Source: an uncultured virus (IMG/VR IMGVR_UViG_3300033153_007854)
Lineage: Duplodnaviria > Heunggongvirae > Uroviricota > Caudoviricetes
IMG/VR virus record: IMGVR_UViG_3300033153_007854
Reading direction: 5' to 3' (one strand)
DNA: 64,000 nucleotides
Below, in pieces: positions 18,054-27,004 of this stretch. The position numbers and the translations under genes are program-made. The number at the start of each line of letters is the position of its first letter. Positions within the stretch are counted from its first letter, which is position 1. A model generated the notes under the pieces. It searched no databases, was not told the origin of the DNA, and saw nothing but the letters and a program-made list of their open reading frames with translations.

Positions 18054-18493
18054 CACTCGACCTCCTTCTGTTCGGCTATGTGCTTTTCCAGGTTTTCAAC
18101 ATGAATCTTGACCATTCCGAGCGTTGCCTCTTTGTCATTTTCGGAGAAGACGTAATCATTTATGGCTCTATGCCAGTCCTTATCCACGAGTTGAAGCTCG
18201 ACCTGGCCGCCGGGGAAGCCAGTGATATGCAAGCTGAGTGACCTGGAGGTGAGGAGGTTCCCGACATCGAGCATGGTTATCTTGACCGTCTTGGAGGTCT
18301 TGCCTTCCTTGATGCGCTTCTGTAGCTCCTTAGCGAGTGTTTCGATGATATGGGTCGAGTTGCCGCCGTATTTACCTTGGTTGGCATAGGTAACAATCTC
18401 GGCTATCAGCTCGTCCATCGTGGCCTTTGGAGCGACTTCCCTGGCTATCTCTCCAGCTTTGATGATATTTCCACCGTGGCCTCTGATGAGCAT
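18053..18493 (-). CDS. Hypothetical protein
   Basis: Start reassigned to MLIRGH with an AGGTGG RBS. Confidence 0.6.
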   Translation of the reverse strand: MLIRGHGGNIIKAGEIAREVAPKATMDELIAEIVTYANQGKYGGNSTHIIETLAKELQKRIKEGKTSKTVKITMLDVGNLLTSRSLSLHITGFPGGQVELQLVDKDWHRAINDYVFSENDKEATLGMVKIHVENLEKHIAEQKEVE

Positions 18494-18501
18494 GATACCA
18501 C

Positions 18502-19485
18502 CTACCTTTCCTCCGCAGGTTTTTGCGGACCTTGGAGCTTTTCCTCCATGCACTTCTTGAATATATTCTTCTCACTGACCCCGGACTTCATCTGAAGTAG
18601 GATTTCCATATCAAGGTCGGTTTCCCAGTTGCTCTCTGAGTATTCTTCAGAGCTTGGTATACCATCGTCTACGCAGTGGAATCCCGATGGCGTTGAAGTC
18701 TTCATCAGGCCGAACATCGTCCATTGCTTGCCATCCCATTCGAGAAAGTCGTTCATGAGGCCGACCATGAACGATTTTGGAACGGCGTTGTCATCCTTGT
18801 CCACAATCTTCATACCTTTGGATATAGCGTATGCGATTGCCTGGATTCCATATTCGGTAATGAGGGATTCTATTGTCTGTCCCTTTGCTATCCCCTTTTT
18901 GAGAGCGTCCAGACTGTTTCCCATAGTGATTACCTTGTCCAGATATTCATCCTTGATGGTCTGACCGTTAAGGTGGTAGTTGCCCCCGCCAGTCAGCTTC
19001 GAGATGACCATCCCGTTTCCGACGACCTGGCCGACCTTGTACTTGATGTCCGCCTGGGGTTTGACCTCATTCAGCCCCAATTTGTCGGTAGTGTGGAGGT
19101 CCACGCCTTTGGTTCCAATTGCATGGAGGACCAGGACCAGCCCATTCCTGTATCCAACTACAGTCCCAGACTTTCCGTAGAACCAGCCGGAGACTTCGTT
19201 CGTAACGACAGTTTCCACGGCCTCGCCCACCTTCGGATAGCTGTCGTTTGGCATATCCTGGTCAATGAGCTTGGCCTTGAGGTCCACGGTCATATTGTTC
19301 ATCACCCCTTTGATGAGGATGGCATCGTCTTTGACCTCTGTTTTGATGGTGAATCCCAGGTTCTTGAGCTGGGTCTGAAGATATTCGATGTTCACGCCTT
19401 CGATTACCGACCCCTGGATGGCATTATCCGCTTCTTCCAGGGTCGTGCATAATCCATACAGAGCGTATACCAATGGTTCTCTCAT
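18502..19485 (-). CDS. Hypothetical protein
   Basis: 327 aa; GGTGACACGATG start after a class I promoter. Confidence 0.7.
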   Translation of the reverse strand: MREPLVYALYGLCTTLEEADNAIQGSVIEGVNIEYLQTQLKNLGFTIKTEVKDDAILIKGVMNNMTVDLKAKLIDQDMPNDSYPKVGEAVETVVTNEVSGWFYGKSGTVVGYRNGLVLVLHAIGTKGVDLHTTDKLGLNEVKPQADIKYKVGQVVGNGMVISKLTGGGNYHLNGQTIKDEYLDKVITMGNSLDALKKGIAKGQTIESLITEYGIQAIAYAISKGMKIVDKDDNAVPKSFMVGLMNDFLEWDGKQWTMFGLMKTSTPSGFHCVDDGIPSSEEYSESNWETDLDMEILLQMKSGVSEKNIFKKCMEEKLQGPQKPAEER

Positions 19486-19517
19486 CGTGTCACCATTGAA
19501 TCAGTATGCTTGGTGGC

Positions 19518-19532
19518 TTTATAAGGATTTCG
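19518..19532 (-). promoter_or_regulatory. Class I BRE-TATA promoter
   Basis: CGAAATCC-TTATAAA. Confidence 0.65.
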
Positions 19533-19533
19533 T

Positions 19534-19722
19534 TTACGCACAATATTTCTCGAAAATCAATTTCAGCTTTTCATGATGTGAAAATTCGTCTTTGCTCATC
19601 GCATTAATTATCATTCGGTCTTCATCGGAAATGTCGAATTCCCGTGATTGTCGTAGATAATCCCTTGATGCTTTACCTTCTTCCTCGATGGCGTCCCGAA
19701 TCAATCGGCACATATCTTTCAA
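19534..19722 (-). CDS. Half ferritin-like (two-helix) protein
   Basis: AIEEEGKASRDY...KDEFSH (E..E/ExxH pattern). Confidence 0.55.
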   Translation of the reverse strand: MKDMCRLIRDAIEEEGKASRDYLRQSREFDISDEDRMIINAMSKDEFSHHEKLKLIFEKYCA

Positions 19723-19764
19723 TGGGGCATCTCCAATTCTGTATTATTCGTTGTGTATTAATAA

Positions 19765-20181
19765 TCATCGGTGAAGTGGGTAGAAGTCGTCCGGCAGCAG
19801 GTCGTGGATGCCTATCTTCTGTAATAGCCAGGTACGGTCAGATTGAAGCACCCAAACACGGAAGCCGCCCCTCGGTACGAATGAATAGACCGCTTGGTTG
19901 ACGTTAGCGGGCTCAAGGTCGAGGGCTTCCACCTTCTTCCGACGAATCCAGGCATTCCTATCGTCTTTTGTGGATTGGACCATGGTGAGGATACCGTCTT
20001 TTATAAACATCACATCGAAGGCTTCGAGTATGTCCTGGCTTGCGCTTACCATTCTGCCCCCCGGAAGTCGGATAGCTTTGTTCGATGGTTTCCATGAGAT
20101 TGGATAGCCGGATTTTTCATGTTTTTTTATAATCTTCCCGACGTATCTCTTTCCTTGTGCTGTCTGATTTCTCTTTGTCAT
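19765..20181 (-). CDS. PD-(D/E)xK-type nuclease, Holliday-junction-resolvase-like
   Basis: GKRY...GY...QDILEAFDVMFIK...MVQS pattern. Confidence 0.55.
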   Translation of the reverse strand: MTKRNQTAQGKRYVGKIIKKHEKSGYPISWKPSNKAIRLPGGRMVSASQDILEAFDVMFIKDGILTMVQSTKDDRNAWIRRKKVEALDLEPANVNQAVYSFVPRGGFRVWVLQSDRTWLLQKIGIHDLLPDDFYPLHR

Positions 20182-20747
20182 CACGATTCCTCCCATTCCT
20201 TTAGCATTGGGTCCAGTATCTCATCATCCTCTATTAAAATCTGTTCTATTTCGACATCGACCTTCTTTTTATTTGGACAATCCCACTTATGCTTCTTGTC
20301 CAACCGTGCTTCTATGAACTCTTTGATGTGGGAATAATCTTCCGGTGATTTCTTTACCATATGATTTGCGAAAAGGTCAGCGCAACGCTCACAAGGAAGG
20401 CCCAACCAGTGCCCCACTTCATGCCAGAATATGTATCTCTGTTGAACAGCGCAATAGAATCTTAGTTCCTTTTCATTTATGGATAGCATTCTGCCTTCTA
20501 CTTGCACATAGACGCTGATGGTCCCCTTCTTTTTATTTTCGACCTTGAACCCATATCGCCTTGCCATATTCTCAAGCTCATTCCTCGGGTTCTTTGGGAC
20601 TTTCCCCCCCTTGATATGAGCTTCTGTATTCTTTTTAAAATGTCGGTGCAATACTTCTGGGAGGGACACTGATATTATGGTGATAATTATTGAATATATT
20701 ATCCCCATCAGTATCCAAGCCTCAACCATTTCTTTTCCCTCTCCCAT
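20181..20747 (-). CDS. Membrane-anchored HExxH metallopeptidase (ImmA/IrrE-like)
   Basis: N-terminal TM; FWHEVGH...CERCADLFA. Confidence 0.65.
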   Translation of the reverse strand: MGEGKEMVEAWILMGIIYSIIITIISVSLPEVLHRHFKKNTEAHIKGGKVPKNPRNELENMARRYGFKVENKKKGTISVYVQVEGRMLSINEKELRFYCAVQQRYIFWHEVGHWLGLPCERCADLFANHMVKKSPEDYSHIKEFIEARLDKKHKWDCPNKKKVDVEIEQILIEDDEILDPMLKEWEES

Positions 20748-20934
20748 AATAGACCCGATATGTAGTCCCGAATCCCAGTACGCAAAGAATCACCGCTATG
20801 AAGCAGATAGCTCCGCACCCGAATTTCATCACGCCGAATAATGATAGTACAGCTACGATGATGATGGCGGCAAGTATGGATTTCCCGAGGTTGCCCATGA
20901 CTATTCCCCCTCCTCGTCTAACTTCTCTAGCCAC
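20722..20934 (-). CDS. Small two-TM membrane protein
   Basis: Two hydrophobic helices; the true start is probably MGNLGK. Confidence 0.6.
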   Translation of the reverse strand: MAREVRRGGGIVMGNLGKSILAAIIIVAVLSLFGVMKFGCGAICFIAVILCVLGFGTTYRVYYGRGKRNG

Positions 20935-21260
20935 TTAGCCAGGTCTTTCATCCTCTCGGCCTTCTGGAACTTCGTGATGATGAACAGGAGTTGTGTGTTC
21001 GTGGGTTTGAATCCCGTTTCGAACATATTTATCAGTACGTCGGCAGTAACATTGTCGAATGCGTCCGTTTCGCCCCATCCGTCAACGTCCATTCCGACGA
21101 ATCTCATGTTGCATTCATCGCCCTGGTGAACGAACCAGGACAGATAGTGCGTGAGAACCTGTTGAGAGAATGGGTCGAGAAGTATCTCTGACATCTTGCC
21201 CGAAGGCAGGTCGAGGCGTTGCTCCTTTGTGAAGTTGACGAAGCGGAAAGTGTCTCCCAT
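20901..21260 (-). CDS. Hypothetical protein
   Basis: 119 aa; leaderless-type spacing from a TATA box. Confidence 0.65.
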   Translation of the reverse strand: MGDTFRFVNFTKEQRLDLPSGKMSEILLDPFSQQVLTHYLSWFVHQGDECNMRFVGMDVDGWGETDAFDNVTADVLINMFETGFKPTNTQLLFIITKFQKAERMKDLAKWLEKLDEEGE

Positions 21261-21280
21261 CTATAGGGTCTATAGAATGG

Positions 21281-21300
21281 CGGGTTTATATAGATTGTTA
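21281..21300 (-). promoter_or_regulatory. Class I promoter
   Basis: TAACAATC-TATATAAA-CCCG. Confidence 0.6.
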
Positions 21301-21328
21301 CCGGATTTGGGAGTTTCCGGTGATTGTT

Positions 21329-21781
21329 CTATCTCCTATCCGTCCCATCTTTCCAGAACTTGGACTTCCTGAGATATTGTGCTTGTCTCGATTCGTTCCA
21401 GGGTTCCATTCTCGATAGGTTGCTCAGTCTGTCAGCAAACTTGATTATGATGGCGTCCTTGCTTTTCAAATGCGGGAAGTAGTATCCATATGAGTCTTTA
21501 TCTCCCTCGTGTGTGACCTCGTATACAAGTCCTGCGACACGATTCCCAAACGTATCCGCCAGCTCATGGAAGGTCGTCGCTGTATCTTCCAGCGTATCGT
21601 GTAGATATGCCGCAGTTAGAATGTCCGGGTCGGTGGTGACCTGTCGTAAGATGCTTACTACATGGACGATGTGAGCCTCGAAGTATGACTTTCCCGAGTC
21701 GTCTTCCTGGCCCCTATGCTTATCTTTCGCAAAGGCGAAGGCTTTTTCTTCCCAATCGTCCCAATCATCAGGGTTCATCAT
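21329..21781 (-). CDS. Stand-alone RelA/SpoT-type HD hydrolase (Mesh1/SAH-like)
   Basis: KHRGQ...YFEAH, AAYLHDTLEDT, IKFADRLSNL. Confidence 0.85.
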   Translation of the reverse strand: MMNPDDWDDWEEKAFAFAKDKHRGQEDDSGKSYFEAHIVHVVSILRQVTTDPDILTAAYLHDTLEDTATTFHELADTFGNRVAGLVYEVTHEGDKDSYGYYFPHLKSKDAIIIKFADRLSNLSRMEPWNESRQAQYLRKSKFWKDGTDRR

Positions 21782-21797
21782 GACATCATAATCATTG

Positions 21798-21816
21798 CGG
21801 GTTTATATCCATTACG
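21798..21816 (-). promoter_or_regulatory. Class I promoter
   Basis: CGTAATGG-ATATAAA-CCCG. Confidence 0.6.
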
Positions 21817-22195
21817 GTGTCGTTGGGATAGTGTTATGGTCTGTCGGGAAGAACCTCTGTAGCTCGTCTTGGGTTGGTTGAGGAGGTCCGCCAAAGTCTG
21901 CGTTCGTTGCTCTGTGTCTCTGTTGGAGTTCAGCCCGCTTGCCTTTATTCCAAGCCGACACTTTCGAGAAGAAGCCCGTAACCCTTGTTATATGTTCGAC
22001 GTTGTGGCCGTCGTGTGTCTGCTTAAGAAGGAAATTGAGCGGGTGGGCTTCTATCGCCTCATAGCTGAAGTGCGTAAAAACTTCGAACCTCTTGTTCTCG
22101 ACTACGATACCTTTTATTCCTTCAACCTCACCCCTCTCGTACTCGAACTCGTCAGGACGCTCACTTAGGTATGCAACGAAATCGTACTCTTTCAT
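21812..22195 (-). CDS. Small protein carrying the class III RNR (NrdD) C-terminal glycyl-radical motif
   Basis: ITRVTGFFSKVSAWNKGKRAELQQR; only 127 aa. Confidence 0.75.
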   Translation of the reverse strand: MKEYDFVAYLSERPDEFEYERGEVEGIKGIVVENKRFEVFTHFSYEAIEAHPLNFLLKQTHDGHNVEHITRVTGFFSKVSAWNKGKRAELQQRHRATNADFGGPPQPTQDELQRFFPTDHNTIPTTP

Positions 22196-22207
22196 GTCCC
22201 CACCTCA

Positions 22208-22456
22208 TTATGAGACTGTTCCCAAGCTGATGAGCTTGTTCTTTATCTCTATCGCACCCTCCACGACCTCGACCCCATCCACCAATAGCAGTGGGGTGTG
22301 TTTCCCTATGAGTTCGTGGTATGCGGCCTCCGCCATCCCATCCGGGGTATTGAGGTCCATTATATCCAGTTCCAATCCTTCTGGGATGTGGTCCTTGACG
22401 AAATCGCATTTCTGGCAATCCGGTTGCGTGAATAAAATTGGTACATTGTGAGGCAT
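22208..22456 (-). CDS. Glutaredoxin/NrdH-like redoxin
   Basis: FTQPDCQKC...HTPLLLVDG. Confidence 0.75.
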   Translation of the reverse strand: MPHNVPILFTQPDCQKCDFVKDHIPEGLELDIMDLNTPDGMAEAAYHELIGKHTPLLLVDGVEVVEGAIEIKNKLISLGTVS

Positions 22457-22487
22457 CGTGTCACCGTAACTACCATCATAGCCTGCC

Positions 22488-22507
22488 GGGTTTATATCCT
22501 TTTGCCG
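22488..22507 (-). promoter_or_regulatory. Class I BRE-TATA promoter
   Basis: CGGCAAAAGG-ATATAAA-CCC upstream of GGTGACACGATG. Confidence 0.65.
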
Positions 22508-22610
22508 ATGCCTTTTTAACCCCCCGACTATAGGCTATGTAGCGGTCTTTGGAATTGATTGGAACGCCCGATTTATAGGTTGTGCGGGAATCTGCTTTAT
22601 TATAGATTCT

Positions 22611-22880
22611 TCATTTTGCTGTTGAGCGGGTTCCTCTCCGACTCGTGATGGTCGCCCAAAGTTTCTTTCCGAGATTCGTTATCACTGGCTTTCCGTTTGG
22701 AAGTACATGATAGAAGCCAGCTTCTTGCAGAGTGAGGAATGCATCATCTTCGATGTCGTTTCTTCTCTGGACGTTGAAAAGATGTTCTTCCTTTGCTACT
22801 GCTTTCATTATTAGTTTCGTAATCGGCGATGAGGCGAAGGACTTTATCATTGCTTCTTCTTCGATGTTCCTGCCGACCAT
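22611..22880 (-). CDS. Small hypothetical protein, possibly wHTH
   Basis: LQEAGF...ITNLGKKL wing-like ending. Confidence 0.5.
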   Translation of the reverse strand: MVGRNIEEEAMIKSFASSPITKLIMKAVAKEEHLFNVQRRNDIEDDAFLTLQEAGFYHVLPNGKPVITNLGKKLWATITSRRGTRSTAK

Positions 22881-22885
22881 TTGAA

Positions 22886-23320
22886 TCACGCCTTCATGCC
22901 GGAATTTTCATCCGCATGAATATCATCAAGGCTGCAAGATTTTCTTATCTTCACTCGAAGTTCTTGATTGCGTTCTATTACATCTATGAATGAGATGTCT
23001 ATGAGAGGTATGTGCCTTGTTACTTTACCGTTGTATCCAACAATCAATTCCTCGTCAAGTGATACTATTTTACAGGTAAAGATTAATCGCTTACGTCCGT
23101 GGGTATGGTATATCTTCACTTTATCGCCAGTATTTATACTCTTCATTTCAAATGCGGCTACTGGTGATACACCGAGGTCTTCTGCGAGAAATAGAGTGCG
23201 TTCGTCTAGGTTTATGATTCCTATTTCCCTTCCGATTTTCATGGCCTTTTTCCTCAAGTCCCTGAGCTGTTCTATTTCGTCCTTTGTCAGCATCTCAGTC
23301 GGTCTGTATTCATCTTCCAT
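22886..23320 (-). CDS. Hypothetical protein
   Basis: 144 aa with a GGAGTGA RBS. Confidence 0.6.
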   Translation of the reverse strand: MEDEYRPTEMLTKDEIEQLRDLRKKAMKIGREIGIINLDERTLFLAEDLGVSPVAAFEMKSINTGDKVKIYHTHGRKRLIFTCKIVSLDEELIVGYNGKVTRHIPLIDISFIDVIERNQELRVKIRKSCSLDDIHADENSGMKA

Positions 23321-23332
23321 TGTGAATCACTC

Positions 23333-24544
23333 CTAAAGTTCTGAGTCGTCCTGGTTGGGTTGAGCCTGTACCATCCTTGAGCTATGGAAAACACACCATG
23401 TCGCAGTAGGGATTTCTTTATGGAGCAGGCACAAATCTGTCCCATTTTTCGTACACGTTGAGCAGTTTTCCTGTTTATCCTGCTGTGCCTCTGATTTGGA
23501 TGGGGGTGAGGTTGGAATAATCGCCTTAGAATCTGCGGCCCCTTTCTCCTTTGTAACGCAAATGCAATCTTCGGTCCACTTTCCGCACACCTCGCAGAGA
23601 ATCCCCTTATCCATCAAGTCATTAATCACCGTATCAATGGGCTCCTTCGAGCCATCCGGCCTCGCTGTCCGTTTACCCTCTGGCAATACCGCTTCTATGT
23701 CAGTTTGGCGTCCTACGGATTGAAACGATGGACAGTTATCGGTCCCTCCATCTGGACAGTTCATACAGATGGATTTCCAATCTGAAACATCAACACCCAC
23801 CAATTTACTGCAAATGGCATCACGACCCTGAGCATCGGCCACCTTGCCTGGGAATTGATGACAGCCCTCACAGAAACCACAGACACATAGAATAGCCTCA
23901 TTCCCACAAACGCAATCGCCTCTTGCTCTTGATGGGTCAAATTTGGTACAATTATTCTTAATGCCGTTACGGATGTATCTGCATGGGACACCCCGACATA
24001 GACCACTCATCGAGGAGCATCCCTCACCGTTGTATGGACACACCCCCATCGGCCCGTCTTGGCGTGGTTCGGGTTGATTATCCGCCACACCTTTTCCATT
24101 GAGCCAGTCCCGATGTTCCTCATTAGTGGATAGTATCGCACCATCCTCGTTCCACCATGTTTTCATATCGGACATTTTTGATATTTCTACGGCGTGTTCA
24201 TAAGGGATTGGCACCAGCCCCCCATTGTCACCTGGACGATTCCATTGTACCTTACTCAGTGGTTGGATGATTCTGTTTCCTGGTTGAGATTGTGCCTCCC
24301 ATTCCCTTTTTAACTTTTCCTCGGCTTTGTCCAGCTCTGCCTTCACATCCATATCTCGGAGTTTGATAGTCCGTTCCCCAATCTGGAAGCTGAGAATCGT
24401 GTGCTCTGGATACTGCCCGTTTATGAGATAAAATGCATCCCCGCCTTCGATTCTTCCCTTCTCTGCCAGCTCACCGATTCTTTCCTTGATATTATCCATC
24501 CAGCTTCCCTCCTTGGCCATCTTGATTGTGATTGTATGCCACAC
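23333..24544 (-). CDS. Cys-rich multi-zinc-finger-like protein
   Basis: Many CxxC and CxC clusters; N-terminus homologous to 24544-24780. Confidence 0.7.
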   Translation of the reverse strand: MWHTITIKMAKEGSWMDNIKERIGELAEKGRIEGGDAFYLINGQYPEHTILSFQIGERTIKLRDMDVKAELDKAEEKLKREWEAQSQPGNRIIQPLSKVQWNRPGDNGGLVPIPYEHAVEISKMSDMKTWWNEDGAILSTNEEHRDWLNGKGVADNQPEPRQDGPMGVCPYNGEGCSSMSGLCRGVPCRYIRNGIKNNCTKFDPSRARGDCVCGNEAILCVCGFCEGCHQFPGKVADAQGRDAICSKLVGVDVSDWKSICMNCPDGGTDNCPSFQSVGRQTDIEAVLPEGKRTARPDGSKEPIDTVINDLMDKGILCEVCGKWTEDCICVTKEKGAADSKAIIPTSPPSKSEAQQDKQENCSTCTKNGTDLCLLHKEIPTATWCVFHSSRMVQAQPNQDDSEL

Positions 24545-24780
24545 TACTTCCCCCTCAAATTCGGGTCTTTTACAATCTCGATGGGGAGCCCTTTGAGCCG
24601 AATTACAAAACCATGCAATTCAAACCCGACGAGTTCATCATCTGGGTATGTACCATAGATGATGTAATGGGCATCATGCCCCATTATCCTACCCCGCTGT
24701 GCTAATTCCAGAGCCCTGTCTACTATTTTATCCATTTCCTTTTGGATTTCTTCATTTTGATGCTCTTGGTTACAGGCCAT
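24544..24780 (-). CDS. Small protein paralogous to the N-terminus of 23333-24544
   Basis: ELAQRGRIMGHDAHYIIYGTYP vs ELAEKGRIEGGDAFYLINGQYP. Confidence 0.7.
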   Translation of the reverse strand: MACNQEHQNEEIQKEMDKIVDRALELAQRGRIMGHDAHYIIYGTYPDDELVGFELHGFVIRLKGLPIEIVKDPNLRGK

Positions 24781-24861
24781 CTGGCTTCACCTCCTGGCGT
24801 TCTTGCTTGCGATTCTGTGCCGTTATCTTACACGGACCATCACAATAAATGCAATAGTCCA

Positions 24862-25050
24862 TCACGCACCACCCGCCAGCTTCTTATGACAGTTGGGGCA
24901 CTCCTTCCACCATTTATCCCCTGAACGTAGTGCCGTACCGCAATCGGGGCACTTTTGGTTGTCATCCCGACCTATGATTGGACCACCACCAAGATGTTTG
25001 GTTCTTGTATCCGGTACTGACCCCCCTTCCATTTCAACAAAACGAGTCAT
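24862..25050 (-). CDS. Small zinc-ribbon protein
   Basis: CPDC...CPNC. Confidence 0.55.
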   Translation of the reverse strand: MTRFVEMEGGSVPDTRTKHLGGGPIIGRDDNQKCPDCGTALRSGDKWWKECPNCHKKLAGGA

Positions 25051-25222
25051 ATTCTGCCTCCGTAATCTGACGCCATCTCGCCTTACCATCTTCTGTCGAG
25101 AGTTTACAATCTTTCAACGGCGATTGCTTATTCAAGTGACCAATGACGCATGGTTTACCGGGTGAATTACAGCCCCGACGATTGCATTTCCAGTACGTCA
25201 TTGTATCTTCTGTTTCACTCAT
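25034..25222 (-). CDS. Small Cys-containing protein
   Basis: Start reassigned to MSETED with a GGTGA RBS. Confidence 0.5.
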   Translation of the reverse strand: MSETEDTMTYWKCNRRGCNSPGKPCVIGHLNKQSPLKDCKLSTEDGKARWRQITEAEYDSFC

Positions 25223-25673
25223 CTGGCTCACCGTCCTGGCGTAAATGGTTGTCAGATGATGTCTTATGGCATCCTTCCCCTTTCTTTCCACATTGACAGT
25301 CACCCGTGCAATTACTGGATTGGCTGGCATCTTTGTCCCTAACACCATTCTCGGTCTGCTCGTACTCCACGCCCTTGAGAACAACGTCAGGGATGTGCTT
25401 CTGGATGTAATCGCAATCCAGCTCTCCACACTTGAGGACTATCCATCCATCCTCGGTAGGATACGGGTAGAGTGGTTTATGGCTCGACTTGACCCCGCAG
25501 GTGAGCGGGTGCATCTTCGGGTTGCTCTGCCATTGGATAACCGCATGGACGACGTTAGGGTTGTCGTCAAGAACCTTGAGGCCGCCGAAGCACTTCTCTG
25601 CTATCATGCGGATTAGTTCTGGTGATTCGTGAAGCTTCTTCAATGACTCATCCAACTTGTTAGGGCTCATCAA
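25215..25673 (-). CDS. Hypothetical protein with a His/Cys metal-binding motif
   Basis: HPLTCG...H...LKC..CDYIQ. Confidence 0.65.
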   Translation of the reverse strand: MMSPNKLDESLKKLHESPELIRMIAEKCFGGLKVLDDNPNVVHAVIQWQSNPKMHPLTCGVKSSHKPLYPYPTEDGWIVLKCGELDCDYIQKHIPDVVLKGVEYEQTENGVRDKDASQSSNCTGDCQCGKKGEGCHKTSSDNHLRQDGEPDE

Positions 25674-25694
25674 TTGATATGATGTCTTGGGGAC

Positions 25695-25710
25695 TTTATA
25701 TGCTTTACCC
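25695..25710 (-). promoter_or_regulatory. Class I promoter
   Basis: GGTAAAGC-ATATAAA about 22 nt upstream of the start. Confidence 0.55.
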
Positions 25711-26985
25711 GAACATCATTGAGTCTTTGATTTTCTTCTTGTCCTTTTGGTCCGGCTCTTTTCCCGTGAACATGGCCTTTAACTCTGATAGGTCGTTCTG
25801 GAGCTGGTCTACCTTCTCCTGGGTCTGCTTAGACATGATGACTGAGGCCCCGGCAAGCTCACCGGACTCCACGAGTTCATGGGCGAGCTTGAGTGCAATC
25901 TTCTTGAGACTCCTGACCTCCTTGACCGCTTTCTTGGACTGAGACACGGCCTCGGATGCTTCCACACGAGCCATCTCCGCTATTGGACCCGGCATAGCGA
26001 TGTACTGGGCGAGCACTGGGTCGTTGACGACCACCTCGCCTTCCTTCCAGATACTATGGTCATGGCTGAACCAGAGGTCTGTGTTGTAGATGAAGTCACG
26101 CATCTCCTGGGGTTTGAGGCCCATCTTCTTCCATTTCTGTGTCACTGAGTCTTTCCTCTCAATCTCGATGCCTCCCTTATCGGTATCGAGGACTGGAACC
26201 CCGCAGAAAACCCCATTCTGGACTTGTAGCTGCTGGACATACTTGGTCATCTCCATGGTAATCATCCAGACGCATAGGCCGATGTTCCTGGTCTGAATGT
26301 ACTTCGACCACTTTCCCGCCTGGGTACGCCACTTCTTGACCTTGATGACGTACTGTTGAGGCCGTTCGATAAGTTGTATCTTGAAGTTCTTGGTCATAAT
26401 AGGGACGTACCACTCCTTCCAATTCGTCATCTGATGATGCTTCGCCTTTGGCCAATGCTCGATTCCGAGGCTGGAGGACTTGTCTAGGACGAATTTTGCT
26501 TTCTGGATTCGGTACTCGAAGGCCGTTTGAGTGGGGTGTATAATCGGTTGGTCGATGGGTGTCGGAGAAATCGTATTGCTGGTTCCGTATAATCCGGTGC
26601 TCTTTTCCGGGCCGGATTGATTATACGGTATAATCGGTTTCCCCCCGGTATAATTTGATTGCCCACTGGCGACTTTTGATAATAGGTATAATTCTATTTG
26701 TTTTGCGTCAGTCGGATAATAATAATACTTGCCCTTCTTCTTGATTACTCCAAGCAGTTTCTCCTCATGAAGCAGCCTGTGAAGGGCTTGCCCGATACCA
26801 TTCTTGATGGCTTTGCCTTCCTTGGATTTTAGATAATTCTTTCGGTCCTGTTTCTTGATTCCGATGGTGTCGAGATAATTGTTAATGATAATGGCTGTGC
26901 CTACTGCGGTCTTTGCAGTTCTGGTTTGCAACATGGCGGCGACTTTCTTGAGCCAGAAGCCCTCCGGTACAGTCTTTGACGGCAT
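25705..26985 (-). CDS. Protein with a probable N-terminal wHTH and C-terminal coiled coil, next to MCM
   Basis: QALHRLLHEEKLLGVIKKKGKYYYYP; 426 aa. Confidence 0.65.
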   Translation of the reverse strand: MPSKTVPEGFWLKKVAAMLQTRTAKTAVGTAIIINNYLDTIGIKKQDRKNYLKSKEGKAIKNGIGQALHRLLHEEKLLGVIKKKGKYYYYPTDAKQIELYLLSKVASGQSNYTGGKPIIPYNQSGPEKSTGLYGTSNTISPTPIDQPIIHPTQTAFEYRIQKAKFVLDKSSSLGIEHWPKAKHHQMTNWKEWYVPIMTKNFKIQLIERPQQYVIKVKKWRTQAGKWSKYIQTRNIGLCVWMITMEMTKYVQQLQVQNGVFCGVPVLDTDKGGIEIERKDSVTQKWKKMGLKPQEMRDFIYNTDLWFSHDHSIWKEGEVVVNDPVLAQYIAMPGPIAEMARVEASEAVSQSKKAVKEVRSLKKIALKLAHELVESGELAGASVIMSKQTQEKVDQLQNDLSELKAMFTGKEPDQKDKKKIKDSMMFG

Positions 26986-27004
26986 GGTTCACCCTGCGAT
27001 TATA

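Noticed and set aside
19741..19763. Possible 13th class II promoter copy
   Set aside because: Too many mismatches and no clear TATA box.
21812..22195. Calling this gene nrdD or a pseudogene
   Set aside because: It has only the C-terminal motif, yet an intact RBS, its own N-terminal domain and no adjacent remnant of the catalytic barrel.
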